Assembly (NCBI GenBank): GCA_965250195.1
Contig: OZ252295.1
Location: 1,568,856 to 1,632,855, forward strand
From: Dehalococcoidia bacterium
GTDB taxonomy: Bacteria; Chloroflexota; Dehalococcoidia; Lucifugimonadales; UBA2962
Length of the DNA: 64,000 nt
Direction of reading: 5' to 3'
Shown: in pieces, positions 28,487-40,090 of the stretch
Layout of the letters: the number at the start of each line of letters is the position of its first letter
Position numbering within the stretch: the stretch's first letter is position 1
Notes under the pieces: generated by a model
Told to the model about the DNA's origin: nothing
What the model saw: only the letters and a program-made list of their open reading frames with translations
Database searches by the model: none
Program-made: the position numbers and the translations under genes

Positions 28487-29432
28487 CGTTGTAGGCTCCG
28501 ACCTCCTTCAAAACTTTTTCGGTCGCTCTTGCCGCCCGAACTTGCACCTGTAAATTCGCCTCGATTTTAAAACCCTCATCTGCCGCCGCTCGCGCCGCGG
28601 CGGCTTCGTAGCCGGGTACCAGCAAATTAGCCGACCGCCCTTCGGGCACCCGCGACAGGCCGAGTTTGAGCAATGCGGCCGCGTCCTCGTAACTTCGCTC
28701 GGGACTAAGCATAACGGTCAGGTCGGCTGTTCCCAAGCGCCTGTTTACGATCCTGAGCCAACCCACTATGACTGACTCGGCCTCCAGTACGTACTCAGAT
28801 ACGGTTACGAACCTCGAAGAGCATGCCCATTTAGATGCGGCCCACTGGTCGAGGGTCATTCCCTCCAATGCGCGCACTTCGGACGGTGTGGCGGCGCTGT
28901 AGAGTCGGAACAACCCGTGCTCGTCCGCGGCGGCCGTTGGCCGGGTTCCTATCGGCATGCCCAGGATCTGAGGCCCCCGGGACGGGCCTGTGCCTCGAGC
29001 CCGGTAAAGCGCCTCAGATCGCGACGGGAACAGCCCCGCCCGCCGAAGCTCCTCGCCTACGGCGTCGGTGGCGATTGTCCTAGCAGATATCTGCGTCGCG
29101 CCCCTTAAGAAAGCGGCCCCGGTCACTGCGTTTACCAGGTCGCTCACGGTATCTTGATAACCGTCGCGCGCCTGCAATCGAGAGAGTTCCCAACTGGTGG
29201 GACCGGATTTCTGGGTCGCTACCGCGAGTGAGGCTATGCGTAATCCGTCGGTCTGGGCCATCGCCAGCACCCGGCCGGACTTGGAAAGGGCCCGGAATGA
29301 GTCGCCGGTCAATCCGATAAGTGTGGGCAGGGCGTGGCTCAGCGATGCTCGCGTAAAGACCCGGTTGCGCAGTCCGGCCTGGCCCATGAGCAACCAGCGA
29401 GGCAGGTCGGTCGGCTGGAGAGCCCGGATCAT
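28473..29432 (-). CDS. Hypothetical protein, degenerate tandem GNAT-like fold
   Basis: Starts MIRAL; internal RPTAAADEHGLFRLY resembles a second GNAT start; operon-like spacing after pdxT. Confidence 0.55.
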   Translation of the reverse strand: MIRALQPTDLPRWLLMGQAGLRNRVFTRASLSHALPTLIGLTGDSFRALSKSGRVLAMAQTDGLRIASLAVATQKSGPTSWELSRLQARDGYQDTVSDLVNAVTGAAFLRGATQISARTIATDAVGEELRRAGLFPSRSEALYRARGTGPSRGPQILGMPIGTRPTAAADEHGLFRLYSAATPSEVRALEGMTLDQWAASKWACSSRFVTVSEYVLEAESVIVGWLRIVNRRLGTADLTVMLSPERSYEDAAALLKLGLSRVPEGRSANLLVPGYEAAAARAAADEGFKIEANLQVQVRAARATEKVLKEVGAYNVVSP

Positions 29433-29439
29433 AGCTCCC

Positions 29440-30021
29440 CTATCCCAAATCCTCCGCCATGTCTGCGAAGAGTCTGTGCATACGTGAGTCGCCCGTAAGT
29501 TCTGGATGAAAGGCGGTCGCCAGCAGCGCGCCCTGGCGCACGGCGACGGGACGCCCGTCATCCAGTTTCGAAAGCACCTCTACGTCCGGCCCCATCTCGT
29601 TTACCACAGGGGCCCGTATGAAAACCGCACGAAACGGGGTTTCGTCCAATCCGGCTACGCTCAGGTCTGCTTCGAAACTGTCTACCTGCCGGCCAAAGGC
29701 GTTTCGAGAAACCTCTATGTCCATGAGTTTGAGGGGGTCGGGCCTCCGATCCGAGAGGCTTTTCGCCATTACGATCATCCCGGCGCAGGTGCCCCATATG
29801 GGCAGGCCGTCGCCCGCCGCCTTCTCCAGAACGGACCTGAACCCGTAGATGTCGATGAGCTGGACGATGGTCGTGCTCTCACCGCCGGGGATGATGAGCC
29901 CGTCCAGCCCGTCGATCTGATGGGGCAGGCGAACTTCAGGAGCATCGACGCCGACGCACTCGAGGACGTGCTGATGCTCGATGAAGTCGCCCTGTACAGC
30001 CAGGACGCCGATCGTGGTCAT
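29440..30021 (-). CDS. pdxT: PLP synthase glutaminase subunit
   Basis: GVLAVQG, PGGESTT, GTCAG, FIRAP and FHPE motifs. Confidence 0.96.
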   Translation of the reverse strand: MTTIGVLAVQGDFIEHQHVLECVGVDAPEVRLPHQIDGLDGLIIPGGESTTIVQLIDIYGFRSVLEKAAGDGLPIWGTCAGMIVMAKSLSDRRPDPLKLMDIEVSRNAFGRQVDSFEADLSVAGLDETPFRAVFIRAPVVNEMGPDVEVLSKLDDGRPVAVRQGALLATAFHPELTGDSRMHRLFADMAEDLG

Positions 30022-30048
30022 TGACCCGGCTATAGACCCTCTGGTCCC

Positions 30049-30963
30049 TTACCAGCCACGGGTGGCCAGCTGCTCTTCGATGGGCATGGTGCGCACGTCC
30101 AGGCCGGGCATGGCGTCACCAAGTCCCGTGGACACATCGGCGATGATTTCGGCGTCCATGAAGTGGGTGGTCGCCTTGACGATGGCGTTGGCCACCAGCG
30201 AGGGCTCGGAGGACTTAAAGATGCCGGAGCCGACGAATACGCCCTCGACACCGAGTTGCATCATGAGCGCTGCGTCCGCCGGGGTGGCGATTCCCCCTGC
30301 TGCAAAATTCACTACCGGGAGTTTGCCGGTCTCGTGAATTTCCTGCACCAACTCGAACGGGGCTTTTAGATCACGTGCCGTGGCCATCAATTCTGCCTCG
30401 TCCATGCTCTGGATGCGGCGAATCTCGCCCAGGACCGTGCGGGCGTGCCTGACGGCCTCGACGATGTTGCCGGTGCCCGCCTCGCCCTTGGTGCGAATCA
30501 TGGCAGCGCCCTCGCCGATGCGCCGCAGAGCCTCACCGAGATCGCGACAACCACAGACGAACGGGACGGAGAACTGGTGTTTGTCGGTATGGTTGTTTTC
30601 GTCGGCCGGGGTCAGCACCTCGGACTCGTCGATGTAGTCGACACCCAGTGACTCGAGTACCTGGGCCTCTACGAAGTGGCCTATGCGGGACTTGGCCATG
30701 ACCGGGATGGTGACCGCGTCAATTATCCCTCTGATCATGGTTGGGTCGGACATTCGCGCGACGCCGCCGTCTTTGCGGATGTCGGAAGGGACGCGTTCCA
30801 GCGCCATGACTGCCACGGCGCCGGCGTCTTCGGCTATCTTCGCCTGCTCGGGGGTGACGACGTCCATGATGACCCCGCCCTTGAGCATCTGGGCCAGGCC
30901 GCTCTTGACACGCCAGGTGGCCGTTTGGGTGGCGTTGGACTCGGTCTTTGTGTCGATTGCCAT
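30049..30963 (-). CDS. pdxS: PLP synthase lyase subunit
   Basis: [23 protein letters not shown] and [12 protein letters not shown] motifs; GAGGAG SD before ATG 30963. Confidence 0.97.
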   Translation of the reverse strand: MAIDTKTESNATQTATWRVKSGLAQMLKGGVIMDVVTPEQAKIAEDAGAVAVMALERVPSDIRKDGGVARMSDPTMIRGIIDAVTIPVMAKSRIGHFVEAQVLESLGVDYIDESEVLTPADENNHTDKHQFSVPFVCGCRDLGEALRRIGEGAAMIRTKGEAGTGNIVEAVRHARTVLGEIRRIQSMDEAELMATARDLKAPFELVQEIHETGKLPVVNFAAGGIATPADAALMMQLGVEGVFVGSGIFKSSEPSLVANAIVKATTHFMDAEIIADVSTGLGDAMPGLDVRTMPIEEQLATRGW

Positions 30964-31187
30964 TAGTCTTCTCCTCGTTTCAGCTTTTTTGGCTCGTGCC
31001 ATCTCGCTGTCTGGTTTGGCCGGGCTCGTGACTTCCGGCTCGTTTTGCTTGGCTTGCCGATTGGCGAGCTTTACGCAGCGGATATCATGGACTGGCATAA
31101 TGGCTCCACACAAGGGCCAGTTTTGTACAATCATGGGGTACCAATTATTCGATTGCCTGGTTCGTCCAGCCCGCAAGGAGTGCACAC

Positions 31188-32660
31188 TTGTCGTTTCCGT
31201 TTGTCGGGCTTGCCGTAGACCCGTCTTCTAAGGACACGATCAACAAGCAGATATACGACTACATTCGACGAATGGTGCTGAGCGGGGGCATATCTCCCGG
31301 CTCCCGTCTGCCGTCGAGCAGGGACCTGGCACGCCAGGTGGGCATATCTCGCAACACGGTCCTGGCGGCGTACGATCAGCTAACGGCCGAGGCCTACCTG
31401 GAGGGCAGGGTGGGTTCCGGCACGTTCGTGGTGAGGAACCTTCCGGACGCTTTTCTCCGTGCCCAGCTCCGTTCACCCCAGGCGCGGGAAGTGGCAGGGG
31501 AACGGGCCAGCCGGCAGAGTGGGATTTCGGCGGCCCTAGCGATAGCACCCAAGACGCAGCCACGAACTCTGCGCGCCTTCCGCACCGGGCTGCCAGACGC
31601 CGACGCCTTCCCGTTCCAACTCTGGTCACGGCTGGTTTCCCGCCGGTACCGGGACCGGGCGCCCGAGCTTTTCGATTACCAGGACCCGGCCGGGTATGGA
31701 CCCCTGCGGGAGGAGATCGCCAAGTACCTTTCCTCAACAAGGGGCCTGCGCTGCACTCCCGAGCAAATAATTGTCGTAGGAGGGTCGCAGCAGGCCCTAG
31801 ACTTGGCGATGCGTCTGCTGGTCGGCCCCGGCGACGTCGCCTGCGTGGAGGACCCTGGCTATGCGGGCACTCTGGCTGCCGTGAGTGGTTCGGCAGCCAG
31901 AGTGGTTCCGGTCCCGATAGATGACGAAGGATTTGAAGTGGCAACGGCCAGGCGCCTTGCTCCGGACGCCAGGCTGATCGCCGTGACCCCGTCCAGGCAG
32001 TATCCGCTGGGCGTGACGATGTCTCTTGTGCGAAGGCTGGAGTTATTAGAGTGGGCGTCCCAGGCGAATGCCTGGATCCTGGAGGATGACTACGACAGCG
32101 AGTACCGCTATGAGGGCCTGCCCCTGGCCGCGTTGCAGGGGCTGGACAACGAGGGCCGAGTTATCTACATGGGCACGTTCTCCAGGCTGATGTTTCCCAC
32201 CCTGAGGCTGGGTTATGCCGTGGTTCCACCTGACCTGATCGACAGTTTCAGGTCAGCGCGGGCCGTCAGCGACAGGGGATCGTCCTGGGTGGAGCAGTCG
32301 GCGATGGCGGAGTTCATTTCTGAAGGCCAGTTCGCCCGCCATGTGCGCAGGATGCGAGTGCTGTACGCCAAGCGCCAGGGCAAGCTGGTGGCGGAGGCCG
32401 GGCGACGGCTCGCCGGGCTGCTGGATGTCAGCCCCGAGCCAGCGGGGATGCACCTCGTAGGATGGCTGCCCCAGGGCCGCGATGACGTGTCGGCTTCGGA
32501 AGCCGTGGCGCGACTGGGCGTGGAGGCCGAGCCGCTTTCGGCACTATCGATCGAAGCGACTCGCCGGGGCGGCCTGATGCTGGGCTATACAGGTGTTACC
32601 GACGCCGAGATCGAACGCGGGGTGGCCGCGATGGCCGAGGGCCTGGGCTCGCTCGCCTAG
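31188..32660 (+). CDS. pdxR: MocR/GabR-family regulator divergent from pdxST
   Basis: wHTH (RLPSSRDLA...ISRNTV) plus aminotransferase-like domain ([10 protein letters not shown]); divergent position. Confidence 0.85.
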   Translation: MSFPFVGLAVDPSSKDTINKQIYDYIRRMVLSGGISPGSRLPSSRDLARQVGISRNTVLAAYDQLTAEAYLEGRVGSGTFVVRNLPDAFLRAQLRSPQAREVAGERASRQSGISAALAIAPKTQPRTLRAFRTGLPDADAFPFQLWSRLVSRRYRDRAPELFDYQDPAGYGPLREEIAKYLSSTRGLRCTPEQIIVVGGSQQALDLAMRLLVGPGDVACVEDPGYAGTLAAVSGSAARVVPVPIDDEGFEVATARRLAPDARLIAVTPSRQYPLGVTMSLVRRLELLEWASQANAWILEDDYDSEYRYEGLPLAALQGLDNEGRVIYMGTFSRLMFPTLRLGYAVVPPDLIDSFRSARAVSDRGSSWVEQSAMAEFISEGQFARHVRRMRVLYAKRQGKLVAEAGRRLAGLLDVSPEPAGMHLVGWLPQGRDDVSASEAVARLGVEAEPLSALSIEATRRGGLMLGYTGVTDAEIERGVAAMAEGLGSLA

Positions 32661-33673
32661 ACGCCTTTGGCCGCGACGAAGGCGGCCAGGTCGGATGTCC
32701 GGCAGCTGTAGCCCCATTCGTTGTCGTACCAGCCCAGGACTTTTACGAAATTGCCGTCCAGGCAGATGGTCGCCAGGCCGTCGATTATGCAGCTGTGCGG
32801 GTTCTGTTTGAAGTCGGAACTGACCAGGGGGTCATCTGTGTAGTTGAGTATGCCCCTGAGGCCGTTCTGAGCCGCCGCACCGTAGGCATCGTTGATGCCT
32901 TCAACGGTGGTTGAGCTTTTCAGCGTCGCGGTGAAGTCGGTCACCGACACTGTGGATGTTGGTACACGGTAGGCCATGCCGTGGATCTTGCCGTTGAGAT
33001 GCGGCAACACCAACCCCACTGCTTTCGCTGCTCCGGTAGACGTTGGGATGATGTTCATGGCGGCCGCGCGCGCGCGCCTGAGGTCGGAGTGCTGCTGGTC
33101 GAGGATTTTCTGGTCGTTGGTGTAGGCGTGAATAGTGCTCATGAGCCCGTGCTCAAGGCCAAAGGCCTCGTCCAAGACCTTGACCATCGGGGCTATGCAG
33201 TTGGTCGTGCACGACGCGTTGGATACGACGTGATGAGAGGCCGGGTCGTATTTGTCCTCGTTTACGCCCATCACCATTGTCAGGTCCTCGCCCTTGGCTG
33301 GGGCCGAGATGATGACCTTTTTAGCGCCTCCCTGAAGGTGTCCGGCCGCCTTCGCGGCGTCGGTGAAAAAGCCGGTCGACTCGACGACGATTTCGACGCC
33401 GTGGTCGCCCCAGGGCAGTGCCGCCGGGTCGCGCTCGGCGATGACCTTGATGGGCTTACCGTCGATGACGATGGCGTCGTCGGTGGCCTCAACGCTGGAC
33501 GTAGACACGCCGTAGTTGGTGTCGTACTTGAACATGTGGGCGTTGGTCTTGGTGTCGGTCAGGTCGTTGACGGCTACGACTTCGAGTTCGTCAGGATGGC
33601 GCTCCATCACCGCCTTGAGTACCTGCCTGCCGATTCTCCCGAAACCGTTGATTCCAATGCGCGTCGCCGCCAT
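32657..33673 (-). CDS. gap: Type I glyceraldehyde-3-phosphate dehydrogenase
   Basis: GINGFGRIGR, ASCTTNC and WYDNEWGYS motifs. Confidence 0.97.
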   Translation of the reverse strand: MAATRIGINGFGRIGRQVLKAVMERHPDELEVVAVNDLTDTKTNAHMFKYDTNYGVSTSSVEATDDAIVIDGKPIKVIAERDPAALPWGDHGVEIVVESTGFFTDAAKAAGHLQGGAKKVIISAPAKGEDLTMVMGVNEDKYDPASHHVVSNASCTTNCIAPMVKVLDEAFGLEHGLMSTIHAYTNDQKILDQQHSDLRRARAAAMNIIPTSTGAAKAVGLVLPHLNGKIHGMAYRVPTSTVSVTDFTATLKSSTTVEGINDAYGAAAQNGLRGILNYTDDPLVSSDFKQNPHSCIIDGLATICLDGNFVKVLGWYDNEWGYSCRTSDLAAFVAAKGV

Positions 33674-33725
33674 GTAGTTTCCCCTCTGATCTTGTGTTCT
33701 AACTGGTTTGCTATTAAGGGTCGGA

Positions 33726-35081
33726 TTATTCCGACGGGCCGATGATCGACTCGTACGCCTCCCGCCCCGCGAACGTAGCCTCGCCGCCCAGCTCCAACTC
33801 GATGTGCAGCAGCCGGTTGTACTTGGCGGTGCGCTCGCTTCTCGCCGGGGCACCCGCTTTGATCTGTCGGGCTCCGGTGCCGATGGCTAGGTCCGCGATG
33901 GCGGTGTCTTCGGTCTCGGCCGAACGGTGGCTGATGATTGCCCTCCAGCCGGTGTCGCGGGTCAAAGCGACGGCATCCAGTGTCTCGGTAAGGGTGCCGA
34001 TCTGGTTGGGCTTTATGAGCACTGCGTTGGAGGCCTTGCGGGCGATGCCCTTTTTAATGATGCCCGTGTTGGTAGCGTAGAGGTCGTCGCCCACCAACTG
34101 CACTCTGGACCCGATTCGGGCCGTCATGGCGGTCCAGCCGCCCCAGTCGTCTTCGGACATGCCGTCCTCGATGCTGACGACGGGGTATTTGGTTACCCAG
34201 TCTTCGAAGACGTCTATTAGTTGCTCGGATGTAAGCGTGGTGTCCAGGCTGGTCAGGTCGTAGTAGACGTCGCCGGGAGCGGGGCTGATGCCGTTGCCGT
34301 TGCGACGACGTAGCTCGGACGCCGCGACGTCCAGCGCGATGAAGCACTGGTCGCCGGGCAGGTACCCGGCTCGCTCGATGGCCCGCAGCAACCACTCCAC
34401 CGCCTGGCGGTTGTTTTTGAGACTGGGGGCGAAACCGCCCTCGTCACCGACGATTGTGGACTTGCCCCTCTCCTGAAGCATGTCCTTGAGGGCGTGGTAG
34501 ATCTCGGCGCCGGCGCGTAAGGCTTCTCCATAAGTATCGAAGCCGGCGGGGACTACCATGAACTCCTGGAAGTCGGTGGACTCGAAGGCGTGTTTGCCCC
34601 CGTTGATGATGTTGAACATGGGTACGGGGATGGTGTACCCACTTTGCGGCTTTGGGCCGGTGTACTCGTGGCCGATGTAGCCGTACAGGCTCTCTCCCGC
34701 GCTGGCCGACGCCGCCTGCGCATAAGCGAGAGACACGGCGAGTACGGCGTTTGCACCCAGCCGGGCCTTGTTGGCGGTGCCGTCCGCCTCGATGAGCCGG
34801 GCGTCCAGCGCTCGCTGATCGGTGACGGTGTGGCCTTTTATGGCGTCGGCGATTTCGGTGTCGATGTTGGCGACCGCTCGCAAGACTCCGAGTCCCCCGT
34901 ATCGCCTGGGGTCGCCGTCACGTAACTCGATGGCTTCCAGGGACCCGGTGCTTGCTCCTGACGGGACGGACGCCCGCCCAAGCGAGCCGTCTGACAGGCG
35001 TACGTCTGCCTCTACGGTGGGGCCGCCTCGCGAGTCGAGTATCTCCCGGCCCGAGACCGACGCGATGGTGACGGCGCTCAA
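33726..35081 (-). CDS. eno: Enolase
   Basis: [30 protein letters not shown] and SHRS motifs. Confidence 0.96.
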   Translation of the reverse strand: MSAVTIASVSGREILDSRGGPTVEADVRLSDGSLGRASVPSGASTGSLEAIELRDGDPRRYGGLGVLRAVANIDTEIADAIKGHTVTDQRALDARLIEADGTANKARLGANAVLAVSLAYAQAASASAGESLYGYIGHEYTGPKPQSGYTIPVPMFNIINGGKHAFESTDFQEFMVVPAGFDTYGEALRAGAEIYHALKDMLQERGKSTIVGDEGGFAPSLKNNRQAVEWLLRAIERAGYLPGDQCFIALDVAASELRRRNGNGISPAPGDVYYDLTSLDTTLTSEQLIDVFEDWVTKYPVVSIEDGMSEDDWGGWTAMTARIGSRVQLVGDDLYATNTGIIKKGIARKASNAVLIKPNQIGTLTETLDAVALTRDTGWRAIISHRSAETEDTAIADLAIGTGARQIKAGAPARSERTAKYNRLLHIELELGGEATFAGREAYESIIGPSE

Positions 35082-35614
35082 GAGCGGACCTCTTTAGGGG
35101 ACGTGGACCACGGCGTCGGAGTGGGCCCACGCCGCGATTTTGCCGCCGCCAGCGCACGCTCTACGGCGTCTACGGGGTCAGCGGCGATTTCGATTGCGCC
35201 GGACGTCGGTCCGGATTGGGGCAACGACCAAGTCTCGAGGCCGATAACCGGGATTCCGTCGGCCAGTGCGTGGCCTATTTCCGATAGGGTTCCAAAGGCG
35301 CCGCCGACTGCAATGACGGCGGAGCCGGTTTTAACGACAATCACGTTTCGAGCGTATCCGATGCCGGTGCATATGGGAATGTCCACGTAGGCGTTTGCGT
35401 CCGATGGGTCGTTGCCGGGCAAGATGCCGATGGTCCGACCACCGGCACTTTTCGCCCCCTTGCACGCGGCTTCCATCACACCACCGAGGCCGCCGCACAC
35501 CACGGTCACTTCACGATCCGCGAGCTCGCGGCCGACGGCCTCTGCGAGGGCGTCGAGGGGGGCGTTGGCACTGGACGATGCGATTACGGAGATGATCATA
35601 GGCGTCTCTATCAT
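35078..35614 (-). CDS. LOG/DprA-like Rossmann protein (TIGR00725-like)
   Basis: [13 protein letters not shown] and [10 protein letters not shown] motifs. Confidence 0.85.
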   Translation of the reverse strand: MIETPMIISVIASSSANAPLDALAEAVGRELADREVTVVCGGLGGVMEAACKGAKSAGGRTIGILPGNDPSDANAYVDIPICTGIGYARNVIVVKTGSAVIAVGGAFGTLSEIGHALADGIPVIGLETWSLPQSGPTSGAIEIAADPVDAVERALAAAKSRRGPTPTPWSTSPKEVRS

Positions 35615-35697
35615 ATAATCGGTCTCTTGGTCCGGGGGTAACTCTGGCGGCCCTGGGTGGCCCTGGGGTCATTCTGGTTCTGACGACCGGTCAACTA

Positions 35698-36552
35698 ATG
35701 GCAAACCACCAGCTCAAAAACGTTCTCATTACCGGTGCGTCTACAGGCATTGGCAAAGTGGCGGCCGTCTATCTCGCTGACAAGGGATACAAGGTGATCG
35801 GCACCAGCCGTTCCATGGCCAAACTGGGCCCGGTAGTGGAGGAAACGAACGGTGCTTCCGGCAGTTTCGTGCCGGTCGAGTTGAACATAAACCTGCCCTC
35901 CGGCGTACCCGGCTGCATGGAAGAGGTTATGCCCTTTCTCGCGCAGGAACATGGCGCCATAGAAGTGCTGGTCAATAACGCGGGATACGCACTCTGGGGA
36001 CCCCTGGAAGGGATGAATCCGGAGCAAATGGTTGACCAGTTCACGACCAATGTTTTCGCGCCGTTCAGGATGGCCAATCTGGTTATCCCGTCTATGAGAG
36101 CAAAACGGGACGGCCGCATCATCAACATCAGCTCGGTGGCCGGCTCGGTGGTTACCCCGTTTAACGGGGCTTACGCCTCCAGCAAATTTGCCCTCGAAGC
36201 CCAGTCACAGGCGCTGCGCATGGAGCTGTCACCTTTTGGGGTCAAGGTGTCTCTGATCGAGCCCGGTCTCTTTGACTCTGAGTTTCAAAACAACACCGTG
36301 GACGGGGAGCGGGCCGAGTCGCCCGATCTACCTTATGGTCCCCACATCGCGGCCTACCGGCGCAAGCATGGCCGTTTCAACGTGCTAACTCGCGACCCGA
36401 TAAGGATTGCCCGGTTGATTGAGCGGATCATCAAGACTCGCAACCCGAAGCTGAGCTATCCGATCGGCTTTGAAGCCCACATCGGCATCATGGCGTCCAA
36501 GTTGCTGCCCGGCTGGCTGTTCGAGCGCATGGTCGCCAAGACATCCATGTAG
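35698..36552 (+). CDS. Short-chain dehydrogenase/reductase
   Basis: TGASTGIG, NNAG and YASSK motifs. Confidence 0.9.
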   Translation: MANHQLKNVLITGASTGIGKVAAVYLADKGYKVIGTSRSMAKLGPVVEETNGASGSFVPVELNINLPSGVPGCMEEVMPFLAQEHGAIEVLVNNAGYALWGPLEGMNPEQMVDQFTTNVFAPFRMANLVIPSMRAKRDGRIINISSVAGSVVTPFNGAYASSKFALEAQSQALRMELSPFGVKVSLIEPGLFDSEFQNNTVDGERAESPDLPYGPHIAAYRRKHGRFNVLTRDPIRIARLIERIIKTRNPKLSYPIGFEAHIGIMASKLLPGWLFERMVAKTSM

Positions 36553-36580
36553 ATGTGCCCCGGCCCAGAGGGCCGATGAC

Positions 36581-37372
36581 TTAGGCCCCGGTCGGCTCCC
36601 GGTTCAGCGTCTTAAGGAATCTGCTCGACCTGACCTCGCGGTCGAGGTGATGGCGCAGGTGCGCGTCGAGCAGCCCGTTCGCCTCGGCAGTCACTCCGGG
36701 GGGCGCATCCAACTCAAGGGCCTCATCGAGGCTTCGGGACTGGAAGAACCGCAGCAGCTTGATCGCACCTACCGAGATGGAGAGAAACGGGCCCGGCGCA
36801 CCGGCCACGCAGTCGGGGCAGGCAATGCCGCCACCACCTGCGCTGTAGGCGTGGCTGCGCTGCTCAAGTACGCGCCCGCACTCAACACACACCGTCAGTT
36901 CAGGGGACAGCCCTGATAAGGCGAGCACTCCGACCTGAAAGTACGCCAGCAGCACGTCCACGCGCTGGCCCTGGTCCAGCCGGTTCAGTGTACGCACCAG
37001 CAGTGCGTACATTTCTCGGCCCTGGGCGTCCGGAGGGCCGTGCCCTTCCGGCATAGCGAAGCCGTCTACCAGTTCGGCTAGGAACATGCCCGCCGATACG
37101 CAGTTGAGATCGTCCCTCAGCGTCGGGAACCCGTCGATACACTGCGCTTCTGTCACCACATCCAGCCTGCGACCCTCGGCCACCGATACTTCGACACGGT
37201 TGAGCAACTCGAGGTGACCGGTGAGCCTGCCAGTGGAGCGTCGAACCCCCTTGGCCACGGCCCTTATCCGACCGTACTCGGGCGACAGCATGGTAATGAC
37301 CCGGTCGGCCTCGCCCAAAGGCGACTGCCTGACCACCACGGCCTCGGTCTTGTAGACCCTCGGCTTAGCCAT
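36581..37372 (-). CDS. recO: DNA repair protein RecO
   Basis: GEADR, AKGVRR and Zn finger CVEC...CPDC. Confidence 0.93.
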   Translation of the reverse strand: MAKPRVYKTEAVVVRQSPLGEADRVITMLSPEYGRIRAVAKGVRRSTGRLTGHLELLNRVEVSVAEGRRLDVVTEAQCIDGFPTLRDDLNCVSAGMFLAELVDGFAMPEGHGPPDAQGREMYALLVRTLNRLDQGQRVDVLLAYFQVGVLALSGLSPELTVCVECGRVLEQRSHAYSAGGGGIACPDCVAGAPGPFLSISVGAIKLLRFFQSRSLDEALELDAPPGVTAEANGLLDAHLRHHLDREVRSSRFLKTLNREPTGA

Positions 37373-37419
37373 TATTCATCGAATATTCGCGAACCCCGCT
37401 CTTCGGGAACTCGGGCGGC

Positions 37420-38031
37420 CTAGAACGGCTGGCGGCCGTCCATCGCCCTGGAGAGCGTCACTTCGTCGGCATACTCCAGGTCGCCGCCCACCGGGAGGCC
37501 GCGGGCCGGACGGGTAATGCGAGTGCCCAGCGCTTCCAACAGCCTTTGCAGGTACATGGCCGTTGCCTCCCCCTCCACGTTTGGGTTGGTGGCGATGACG
37601 ATCTCTTCGACTCCATCGACCTTGAGGCGTTCCAGTAACGGCCGTATTTTCAGGTTGTCAGGGCCGATGCCGTTGATCGGCGAAATGACCCCGTGCAACA
37701 CGTGATAAAGGCCCTGGTATGAGCGGGTTCGCTCCAGCGCCCGGATGTCCAGAGGCTCCTCTACCACGCAGATGCGTGTGCGGTCCCGGCCGGTGTCCTC
37801 GCAGATGGAGCAGGGGTCGGACTCGGTGATGTCGAAGCACCGAGAGCACAGGATGATGCGGTCTTTGACGGCGCCGATGGCCTCAGCCAGGCCCCGGGCC
37901 TCTTCGGAGGGCATCCGTATGAGGTAGTAGGCGAGCCGCTGGGCCGACTTGGGACCGATGCCCGGCAGCTTGTGGAGTTCATCGACGAGTCGGCTTACCG
38001 GCCCGACTTCGCTGCGGCCGCTCTGAGTCAA
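37420..38031 (-). CDS. recR: Recombination mediator RecR
   Basis: LPGIGPKSAQRLA, C4 finger, YHVLHG and EGEATA motifs. Confidence 0.96.
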   Translation of the reverse strand: MTQSGRSEVGPVSRLVDELHKLPGIGPKSAQRLAYYLIRMPSEEARGLAEAIGAVKDRIILCSRCFDITESDPCSICEDTGRDRTRICVVEEPLDIRALERTRSYQGLYHVLHGVISPINGIGPDNLKIRPLLERLKVDGVEEIVIATNPNVEGEATAMYLQRLLEALGTRITRPARGLPVGGDLEYADEVTLSRAMDGRQPF

Positions 38032-38075
38032 ACGATTTTTCCGACCGGGCTGCGTCCGCTCTTAGTCAAGCGTTG

Positions 38076-38378
38076 TTACGTGAGGCCTGGGATGTTGAGG
38101 CCCCCGGTGAGCGCGCCCATGCGTCCGGCCGCCATCTCTTGGGCCCTGTCGAGTGCGTCGTTGACTGCCGCCGCGACGAGGTCCTGTAGCATCTCGACGT
38201 CGTCCGTCGCGACCTCCGGATCGATGTGAATGGATTCAAGATGCATCTTGCCGGTGACCACGACCTTGACCACTCCGCCGCCGGCGCTACCCTCGACGGT
38301 GGCGCTCTCCAACTCTTGTTGCATTTGAGCCATCTGCTTTTGCAGCTGCTGGGCCTGTTTCAGGAACTTTTTATTCAT
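38076..38378 (-). CDS. ybaB: YbaB/EbfC nucleoid-associated protein
   Basis: GSAGGGVVKV...LQDLVAAAVNDA; dnaX-ybaB-recR synteny. Confidence 0.93.
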   Translation of the reverse strand: MNKKFLKQAQQLQKQMAQMQQELESATVEGSAGGGVVKVVVTGKMHLESIHIDPEVATDDVEMLQDLVAAAVNDALDRAQEMAAGRMGALTGGLNIPGLT

Positions 38379-40077
38379 CGGTTCCCCTCGTTTCGCTCTG
38401 TTCGAGTGTCTCTGACCCAGTCCCGCCAACTACCTGCTCGCCGACTACCTGGGCACCCATCGCCTGGGCGGCCCTAACGAGTGGACTGTTGCGCGCTGCA
38501 CTAGTATTGGCACCAGCCTCAGCACCTGAGGTCAACTCTACCCGTACATCATAAGCCTTGCCCATGACACGGGCAAAAGCGTCGTGCAGGTGCTTTCGGC
38601 TGGCCGGTATCTCCAACTCTTGCTGCATTCTCTCTTTGTGCGAGGGGTGGGGGAACCGCAGGGTTATTGAGTCTTCGGAGACCTCTCGAACGTTGCTGGC
38701 GCGCAGCAAAGCCCCCAGGTTGAATTTGTCGCCTTTAACGGTGCGCAGCGATGACGTAAGTGCGCCCCACTGCGCCTCCAGCCGCGCCGCCGGGTCCGAC
38801 GGCAGGTCGGCCTCTGCGTTGAGCGGCTGGGTGTCGGGCCGGCGCGGCGTCGCGGGAGCGGGCGTCGGGGCCACAACGGTCGGCGCAGGCGAGGGAGCAG
38901 GGCTGACTGCGGGCGCGGGAGCAGGGCTGGGCGCACGTGACGCTGCATGGATGGGCGCGGGGGCCGAGTCGGGTGCGCGCGCGGGCACTGTAACGGGCGC
39001 GGGCTCCGGTTCTAAACCGGCCTCGACGATGGCCAACTCCAGCGGCAGGGTGGACGACGGGTCCTGGCGCATGTCCGCCCGAGTGAGTTGTTTGATCGCC
39101 CGGACGATTTTTTCCAGCCCGGTGGACTGTGCCAACTCCCTGATCTGCCCGGCTGCCTCGTCCGTATAGCCGGGGTCGAGGTCCGCTCCGCTGCTCACCA
39201 GCAGAGCGCTGCGCAGGTGGTCGATGAGACCCCGACGGAGCTGACGCAGGTCACTGCCCTGGGCCGCCACTTCGTTGACGGTACGCAGGGCGCCCGTCGT
39301 GTCGCCCTTCAGTACCTGTGTCGAGAGAGTAAGGGACGCTTCGTCGCCGCCCATGTCCAGCAGGTCGCGCACATTGGCTTCGGTGACCGGGGGGTCGTAG
39401 GACACGATGGCCTGCTCCAGCAGGTTGACCGCGTCCCTCAGACCGCCTCCGGACGCACGCGCTATTAGCTGGAGCGCGGCTGGCTCGGCCTCCACGCTCT
39501 CACCTGTGCATATGTGCGCCAGCCGACCAGCGATGTCGTCGAGGGTGATGCGGCGAAAGTCGAAGCGCTGGCAACGCGAGGTGATGGTGGGCGGGATTTT
39601 GTGCGCCTCGGTCGTCGCCAAAACGAAGGCCACGTGGGCCGGTGGCTCCTCCAGAGTCTTGAGCAGGGCGTTGAAGGCCGGCTCGGTGAGCATGTGCGCC
39701 TCATCGACGATGTATATCTTTCGCCTGGCTTCGGCGGGCGTGTACTGCACCCGCTCCCGCAGGTTTCGGATGTCGTCGATGCCTCTGTTACTGGCCGCAT
39801 CTATCTCTATCAGGTCCAGCGCCCGCCCTTCGTTTATGGAAGTGCAGATGGAGCATGAGTTGTCCGGCTCGCCCCCACTCGGCGAAAGGCAGTTCACGGC
39901 CTTCGCCAAAATACGCGCCGTGGACGTTTTGCCGGTTCCGCGAGGTCCGCAGAACAGGTAGGCGTGGGCGACGCGATCGCCGCTTACTGCCCGGAGAAGG
40001 GTCTGGGTAGTGGTCGGCTGGCCAACTACGTCGGCGAATGCGGCCGGGCGCCACTTTCTGTACAGGACCTGACTCAT
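38371..40077 (-). CDS. dnaX: DNA polymerase III subunit gamma/tau
   Basis: LYRKWRP, GPRGTGKTS, DEAHML and SRC motifs; Pro/Ala-rich linker. Confidence 0.96.
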   Translation of the reverse strand: MSQVLYRKWRPAAFADVVGQPTTTQTLLRAVSGDRVAHAYLFCGPRGTGKTSTARILAKAVNCLSPSGGEPDNSCSICTSINEGRALDLIEIDAASNRGIDDIRNLRERVQYTPAEARRKIYIVDEAHMLTEPAFNALLKTLEEPPAHVAFVLATTEAHKIPPTITSRCQRFDFRRITLDDIAGRLAHICTGESVEAEPAALQLIARASGGGLRDAVNLLEQAIVSYDPPVTEANVRDLLDMGGDEASLTLSTQVLKGDTTGALRTVNEVAAQGSDLRQLRRGLIDHLRSALLVSSGADLDPGYTDEAAGQIRELAQSTGLEKIVRAIKQLTRADMRQDPSSTLPLELAIVEAGLEPEPAPVTVPARAPDSAPAPIHAASRAPSPAPAPAVSPAPSPAPTVVAPTPAPATPRRPDTQPLNAEADLPSDPAARLEAQWGALTSSLRTVKGDKFNLGALLRASNVREVSEDSITLRFPHPSHKERMQQELEIPASRKHLHDAFARVMGKAYDVRVELTSGAEAGANTSAARNSPLVRAAQAMGAQVVGEQVVGGTGSETLEQSETRGTDE

Positions 40078-40090
40078 GGCCCGGGCGCTT

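Noticed and set aside
38371..40077. Programmed -1 frameshift in dnaX
   Set aside because: No A-AAA-AAG or long A tract seen; only a Pro/Ala-rich linker
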